DNA from: Alphaproteobacteria bacterium
GTDB taxonomy: Bacteria; Pseudomonadota; Alphaproteobacteria; SP197
Assembly (NCBI GenBank): GCA_964291265.2
Contig: OZ219747.1
Coordinates: 2,016,001-2,080,000, forward strand
Length of the DNA stretch: 64,000 bases
Direction: 5' to 3'
A model generated the notes under the pieces. The model had not been told where the DNA came from. It saw nothing but the letters and a program-made list of their open reading frames with translations, and searched no databases. Positions 58,418-64,000 of the stretch are shown here, one piece after another; the stretch's first letter is position 1; each line of letters opens with the position of its first letter. Both the position numbers and the translations under genes were made by a program.

Positions 58418-59938
58418 ATGACTGACCAAACCGGAGACGAGTCCCTTGAACTCGAGGTGAGGGATTTCGGGCCGATCATTGAGGCGAAAATAGACCTGCG
58501 TCCGTTGACGGTGTTCGTGGGCCCAAGCAATACGGGCAAATCGTATCTGGCGATTCTCATATACGGACTGCATCGAATGTTCGGTGGAGGTCCATTCCTC
58601 ACGAGAAGTCATTTTCGCAGGAGATCCCGGTTTCCGTTGGGACATGGCAGTCAAGGACTGTCGGATGAGAACATCGATGCTCTGTATGACCTGGCAAGTT
58701 CTTTCTCTGATGATCGAGAAACTGCAAGGGAAGACGGTATTGTGCTGCCTCCATTGGTTGGTGAAACGCTGGGCTCTGCATTCAGCGAACTGGCAGGCGC
58801 ATTGTCCGACGAGATCGCTCGATGCTTCGGAGTTGGAGAAGTTGATTCACTGATTCGGCGAGGCCAAAAAAAGGAATCAGTCATCGTCATGCGGAAGCGC
58901 ATCCCAAGTCAGTCCGCTCTTGTGGAGAATACAATCACCCTCGCCCGAAATCCCGGGTTCAAGGCCATGATGCCCGAGAACATCATGATCCCGGATGATC
59001 TGGACAATGATGACTGGCGCAGGATGGGCCGATTTTTTCGTCGGGAGACACGTCATCTTGAAGAAACAGCAAATCGCGAGTATCGTCGCGAACTTGCGGC
59101 TTTTGATATTTTGCCATTCATCAGCAACCTGGTCCTTCCATCGTTGATCGGTCCCCTGCGCCTGCCAGCATTCTATCTGCCCGCCGACAGGACAGGCATC
59201 ATGCACGCCCACAGCGTGGTGGTCAGCGCGCTGATTGCAAGTGCGCCTGCTGCGGGGCTGCGTCCTGCCGCCCGCACACCGACGCTGTCCGGGGTGTTGG
59301 CTGACTTCCTCGAACAGTTGATCGGGACCGCTCAAGCCGTGCGCCCTCGCCAGGGAGCACGAGAGGATCTCAGCAAGGGTATCGAGGACGCCATTCTGGA
59401 CGGTTCGGTTCGCGTCGACCGCTCGTCTCCTGTCGATTATCCACGCTTTGCCTACCGGCCGCGAGGCTGGAAGGACGACCTGCCATTGGCCAACGCATCA
59501 TCCATGGTTTCGGAACTTGCGCCGGTGGTGTTGTATCTCCGACACGTGGTCGAGCTCGGCGATGTCCTTGTCATCGAGGAACCGGAGTCGCACCTGCACC
59601 CGGCAATGCAGGTCGCGTTCACCCGCCAGCTTGCCGCGCTCATCGAGGCGGGAGTCCGGGTGATCGTCACCACCCACAGCGAATGGCTGCTGGAAGAGCT
59701 GGCGAATATCGTGCGGCGGTCGAGGCTTTCCGAGGCAGACCGCGGCGACAACATCGCACTGCGTCCCGACCAGGTGGGTGTATGGTTGTTCCAGCCGAAG
59801 ACAAGGCCCAAGGGTTCGGTGGTCAAGGAGATAGGCCTCGGGGACTCCGGCCTGTATCCTTCCGGCTTCGATGATGTCGCGAGCGCCCTGCACAATGATT
59901 GGGCCGACACGGAAAGTCGCATCGAGGGCGGCTCGTGA
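58418..59938 (+). CDS. ABC-type ATPase (AAA_15/AAA_21-like)
   Basis: DFGPI, Walker A GPSNTGKS, YLPADRTG, signature ASSMVSELAP, Walker B/D-loop IEEPESHLHP, H-loop TTHS. Confidence 0.9.
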   Translation: MTDQTGDESLELEVRDFGPIIEAKIDLRPLTVFVGPSNTGKSYLAILIYGLHRMFGGGPFLTRSHFRRRSRFPLGHGSQGLSDENIDALYDLASSFSDDRETAREDGIVLPPLVGETLGSAFSELAGALSDEIARCFGVGEVDSLIRRGQKKESVIVMRKRIPSQSALVENTITLARNPGFKAMMPENIMIPDDLDNDDWRRMGRFFRRETRHLEETANREYRRELAAFDILPFISNLVLPSLIGPLRLPAFYLPADRTGIMHAHSVVVSALIASAPAAGLRPAARTPTLSGVLADFLEQLIGTAQAVRPRQGAREDLSKGIEDAILDGSVRVDRSSPVDYPRFAYRPRGWKDDLPLANASSMVSELAPVVLYLRHVVELGDVLVIEEPESHLHPAMQVAFTRQLAALIEAGVRVIVTTHSEWLLEELANIVRRSRLSEADRGDNIALRPDQVGVWLFQPKTRPKGSVVKEIGLGDSGLYPSGFDDVASALHNDWADTESRIEGGS

Positions 59939-60402
59939 CGGCGCTCTTGGACGACATTCGCGGGAAGATCGGGGAACGCTGTTTGGTCAGGAAGTTGAGC
60001 AAGGACGGATGCCGGGTGGTGATGACCAACGCGCCCAATCCCAGACTGATCGTCGATTTCGACAGACCTGAATCACCGCTGGCGGCAGATGAAACGCGCT
60101 GCGACTACCTCCTGATCGCCGAAGGCAAGGATGCGCAAGGTTGGGTCATGGTTCTTGAGTTGAAACGGGGACAGTTGCACGCGGACAAGGTCGTCAGCCA
60201 GTTGCAGGCAGGTGCGTCTGCTGCCGAGAAGCTCATGTCTTCCGGCCATGCAATCCGGTTTCGACCGATCGCCGTCTCTGGCAGAACGTCCATGCATGAA
60301 CGAAGACAGCTGAGAAAGACATCAATCAGGTTCCACGAACACAAGGAACCCATCAGAAGGATGTCGTGTGGTGACAAGCTGACAACGGCACTTCTCCCAT
60401 GA
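59935..60402 (+). CDS. Small PD-(D/E)XK-like putative nuclease
   Basis: GTGA overlap with the ATPase; RCDYLL..VLELKRG..SQL motif. Confidence 0.7.
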   Translation: MTALLDDIRGKIGERCLVRKLSKDGCRVVMTNAPNPRLIVDFDRPESPLAADETRCDYLLIAEGKDAQGWVMVLELKRGQLHADKVVSQLQAGASAAEKLMSSGHAIRFRPIAVSGRTSMHERRQLRKTSIRFHEHKEPIRRMSCGDKLTTALLP

Positions 60403-60833
60403 AGCACATGGGAGACTGTCGATGTCGCGCTGCCGCTTGCAGCGATCAATACGTGTGTCTGTCTTCGTCAAGTCGCGCTTGGATGCCGAGCGCCGCCATG
60501 ATGCCGCCTGGCGGGCCGGTATCCGGCAGCGCCTGGGTGTCTGAGCCAGCGATCCGTGTACTTCCACTCGCCGGGGATCGTCGACAACGACGCAGGCGAG
60601 GTCACAACGGCGGCCTGATCGCGACTGTCCTGCCCTTGATGACGGTGCGGCGGGGGCGTCAGTTCCTGCCATGGGCGGGCGTGGGCCCTGACACTCCGGA
60701 ATCACGTCTTTCAACACGTCACCTCGCCGAATGGCGTCTTGCCTGCAACCCGACCTCGGGGCGCGTGACACGGTTGCGCCGACGCGGGACAGCGTGACAG
60801 GATCGCCTCCGCCGGGAGGCAGGGGAGAGTATC

Positions 60834-62336
60834 ATGGCACGTATCGCGGTGGGTGGATTCCAGCACGAGACGAACACCTTCGCGTCGACAGGCGCGGACT
60901 ATCATGACTTCGAACACCACGATGCCTGGCCTGGCCTGACACGCGGTCCGGAGCTCTTCGACGCCGTTGCCGGCATCAACCTCGCTCTGGAATCGTTCAT
61001 TCGCCAGGCGAGTGATGACGGTCACGAACTCGTGCCGCTTCTGTGGGCCTCCGCCGAGCCCTCTTCCCATGTCACGGTGGACGCATTCGAGAGGATCGTC
61101 GGCATGATGACCGATGATCTGGCGCGCCTCGGCCCCTTCGACGCGGTCTTCCTCGATCTCCACGGGGCCATGGTCACCGCGCACTGCGAGGACGGCGAAG
61201 GAGAAACCCTCGCGCGTGTCCGCAGTGTCGTCGGGCATTCCGTTCCCGTCGTCAACAGCCTCGATCTCCATGCGAACATCACGGAACGCATGGTGGCCAT
61301 GTCCTCGGCCATGACGGTCTACCGGACCTATCCGCATGTCGACATGGACGAGACGGGACACCGTTGCTATCGCCTGGCGATGCGCCTGCTCTCCGGAGAA
61401 TCCCTGGCGAAGGGGTTCGCCCGGTCGCCGTTCCTGGTACCGCTTTCTGCCCAGTGGACCGGCGCGCCTCCCAACGATGGTTTCTATGATGACGTCAGGC
61501 GACGCGAACATGCCGGTGTCGCGAGCGCGGACCTGGCTCTTGGCTTCCCGCCTGCCGACATCGCCGAATGCGGACCGGCCGCACTCGCCTACGATGCCGA
61601 TTCCCGCCGCGCCGATGAGACCGCGCGGGGGATCATGGCGGGTTTCATCCGTGCCGAGGATGTCTTCGACAATGCGCTGCTTGGCGCCGATGAGGCCGTG
61701 AGAATCGCCATGGCCGAGCCGGTCGGTCCGGTGGTTCTCGCCGACGCCCAGGACAATCCCGGCGCCGGTGGCACCTCCGACACGGTGGGTATTCTCGAAG
61801 CCCTCGTGCGCCATCACGCCACCGGCGCGGCTCTCGCCCTGCTGTGGGATCCCGAGGTGGCGCGGGAAGCTCATGCCCGGGGGGAGGGGAGCACCTTCGA
61901 TGCGCCTCTCGGCGGCAAGTCCGGCAGACCGGGCCAATCACCCTTTCGCGGTCGATTCAGGGTCGAGCGTCTGGGCAACGGGGTCTTTGAATGCCAGGGC
62001 GAGATGTACCGCGGCGTCGTCACCAATCTCGGCCCGTTGGTCCTGCTCCGGATCGTCGATGCCGACTGCGACGTCAGGGTGGCAGTCTCGAGTGTCCGCT
62101 TCCAGAACCTGGACCAGGCGTGTTTCCGCCATATCGGCATCGAGCCGACGGAACAGCACATCCTTGTGGTCAAGAGCACGGTGCACTTCAGGGCCGACTA
62201 CGACCCGATTGCCGCCAGGACCCTCATCGTCGAATCGCCGGGCGAACACCCGTGCCGCCTGGACCACCTCGGGTATCGTTTCCTGCGTGACGGCGTCAGG
62301 CTGGGACCGCGCGGTCCGGAGTACCGCCGTTCATGA
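60834..62336 (+). CDS. M81 (MlrC-like) metallopeptidase
   Basis: HETNTF, LDLHGAM, DGEGE, SLDLHAN, YRTYPHVD, DNPGAG, VKS.VHFRA. Confidence 0.93.
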   Translation: MARIAVGGFQHETNTFASTGADYHDFEHHDAWPGLTRGPELFDAVAGINLALESFIRQASDDGHELVPLLWASAEPSSHVTVDAFERIVGMMTDDLARLGPFDAVFLDLHGAMVTAHCEDGEGETLARVRSVVGHSVPVVNSLDLHANITERMVAMSSAMTVYRTYPHVDMDETGHRCYRLAMRLLSGESLAKGFARSPFLVPLSAQWTGAPPNDGFYDDVRRREHAGVASADLALGFPPADIAECGPAALAYDADSRRADETARGIMAGFIRAEDVFDNALLGADEAVRIAMAEPVGPVVLADAQDNPGAGGTSDTVGILEALVRHHATGAALALLWDPEVAREAHARGEGSTFDAPLGGKSGRPGQSPFRGRFRVERLGNGVFECQGEMYRGVVTNLGPLVLLRIVDADCDVRVAVSSVRFQNLDQACFRHIGIEPTEQHILVVKSTVHFRADYDPIAARTLIVESPGEHPCRLDHLGYRFLRDGVRLGPRGPEYRRS

Positions 62337-64000
62337 GACGGGACTCCGGGCGCCGGCTGATCCGTGCCGCCGGCCTTCTCCTCGCGGGTGGTTCCCTGGC
62401 CGCATGCGCCCTCCTGGCGCCGCTTCCCGAACCGCGCGGACTGGCGGACCGTCTCGCCGTCTTTCCCGACCATGGGGTGGACCTCGACAGCCGCGTGACA
62501 GTCCACTGGAACGATCACCAGATCCCGTTCATCGAGGCCGCGAGCGACGATGATGCGGCCTTCGCGCTGGGCATGGTCCACGCTCACCTGCGTCTTGCCC
62601 AGATGAGTCTGGTACGCATGGCAGCCCGCGGCCGTCTCGCCGAGGTGGCGGGTCCCCTTGCCAGCGACATCGACCACGGTCTGCGCATTCTCTCCTTCGG
62701 ACACGCTGCCCGGAACATCGAGGCTGCGATGGACCCTGCTGCACGGCGCTGGACACAGCGATTTGTCGACGGAATCAACCACTATCAGGCAACGCTCGAC
62801 GATCTGCCCCAGGAATTCAGGGTTCTCGGCATGGAACGCGAGCCGTGGACCGTCACCGATGTCCTGACCATCGGGCGGCTCGTGGGCACGGATGTGAACT
62901 GGCTGATATGGAGCGGGCTTCTGCCCTTGAGGAAGCGGCCGGACTGGCCGCAGCTGTGGGCGAGCCTGGTGGAGAGCGGGAGTGCGTCGTTGCCGAGTTT
63001 CGCCGGCGACGATGTGAGCGGAATCCTGGCAGGCGTCGGCCGGACGGGTTCCAACAGCATGGTGGTCGGCCCGGACCGCACGACGACCGGAGGCGCCATC
63101 ATCGCCAACGACCCGCACCTCGGCATCCTCGTGCCCAACGTGTGGCTGATCGCCGGCCTCAAATCGCCCTCCTATCATGTTGTCGGCCTGATGGGTCCGG
63201 GACTGCCGGTCTTCGCCATCGGCCGCAATCCGTCGATCGCCTGGGGCGGCACCAACATGCGGGCCGCTTCCAGTGATCTCGTCGATGTCAGCGATCTCGA
63301 TCCCGAGGCCATCGAGAGGCGCGACGAGACGATTTCCGTGCGCTGGTGGTTCGATTCGACCGTCACCGTCAGGCAGACCCCGCTGGGTCCGGTCATCAGC
63401 GACGCGCCCCTGCTGGCCGACAGCGGACTGCCGGACCTCGCACTCCGGTGGACCGGTCATGACGCAAGCGATGAAATCGGCGCCATGCTGGCGGTCAGCC
63501 GGGCCCGGGACTTCAGCGGATTCCGCGCTGCATTCGATACCTTCGCGGTGCCCGGGCAGAACATGGTCTACGCTGACCGTGACGGCAACATCGGCCAGGT
63601 GATGGCGGTCACCCTGCCCCGGCGGAGCGGAACTCCGGGAGATATCGTCGCCGATGCCGCAGATGTGAGACGGGACTGGGCCACGATGATGTCGTCCGGG
63701 GACCTTCCCTGGAGCTACAACCCTGGCAAGGGGTATCTGGTATCCGCCAACAACCGGCCGGCGCCGACGACCATTCCGGTCGGCTACTTCTTTTCCGCCG
63801 ATGACAGGGTCAAGCGCCTGGCGAGCCTCGCAGGCGGCGCTGACCGGCTCGATGTCGCCGCCGTGAAGGCGATCCAGCGGGACGTCTACATGCCGTCGTC
63901 GGCGACGCTGCGAGACGCCTTCATCGACGGCCTGGACGCTGCGGGGCTGGTGTCGTCGGCCGGACCCGAGGCAGTCGAAGCGGTCGCCCGCATCCGGGAC
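62333..64000 (+). CDS. Penicillin acylase family (S45) Ntn-hydrolase lipoprotein, partial
   Basis: ATGA overlap; LAAC lipobox; IPFIEA, G.VHA..RL.QM, GSNSMVV, ANDPHL, QNMVYAD..GNIG, SANN. Runs off the window. Confidence 0.92.
   Translation, partial: MRRDSGRRLIRAAGLLLAGGSLAACALLAPLPEPRGLADRLAVFPDHGVDLDSRVTVHWNDHQIPFIEAASDDDAAFALGMVHAHLRLAQMSLVRMAARGRLAEVAGPLASDIDHGLRILSFGHAARNIEAAMDPAARRWTQRFVDGINHYQATLDDLPQEFRVLGMEREPWTVTDVLTIGRLVGTDVNWLIWSGLLPLRKRPDWPQLWASLVESGSASLPSFAGDDVSGILAGVGRTGSNSMVVGPDRTTTGGAIIANDPHLGILVPNVWLIAGLKSPSYHVVGLMGPGLPVFAIGRNPSIAWGGTNMRAASSDLVDVSDLDPEAIERRDETISVRWWFDSTVTVRQTPLGPVISDAPLLADSGLPDLALRWTGHDASDEIGAMLAVSRARDFSGFRAAFDTFAVPGQNMVYADRDGNIGQVMAVTLPRRSGTPGDIVADAADVRRDWATMMSSGDLPWSYNPGKGYLVSANNRPAPTTIPVGYFFSADDRVKRLASLAGGADRLDVAAVKAIQRDVYMPSSATLRDAFIDGLDAAGLVSSAGPEAVEAVARIRD

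Overview
High-GC alphaproteobacterial (Rhodospirillales-like) chromosome segment. The gene mix (Fn3/Calx-beta autotransporter, AAA-ATPase/PD-(D/E)XK, GPP34, methylamine genes) suggests a marine host-associated lineage, but that is inference. Most of the window is housekeeping or metabolic: TPP riboswitch-thiD, mttB-like, peptide SBP, speB, dusA, hslVU, tdm, accBC, aroQ, rne, amiC, PBP1A, prfB, pyrD. There are two accessory regions. (1) ~12.6-28.9 kb holds pseudogenes, a decayed ISKra4-family IS (9-bp TSD), an autotransporter with an out-of-frame C18 tract, and a 5.3-kb IS21-family element (23288-28615; TG...CA ends, 6-bp TSD). That element carries a coupled operon: Cys-rich protein, istA, istB, Toprim/primase-like gene, small basic protein. 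It also shows strong end-to-end strand-composition polarity and is the best candidate for an undescribed system, a primase-encoding transposon. (2) ~57.9-60.4 kb holds a methyltransferase remnant followed by an intact ABC-ATPase + PD-(D/E)XK-like gene pair, a candidate defence system. All calls come from reading motifs; no searches were run.
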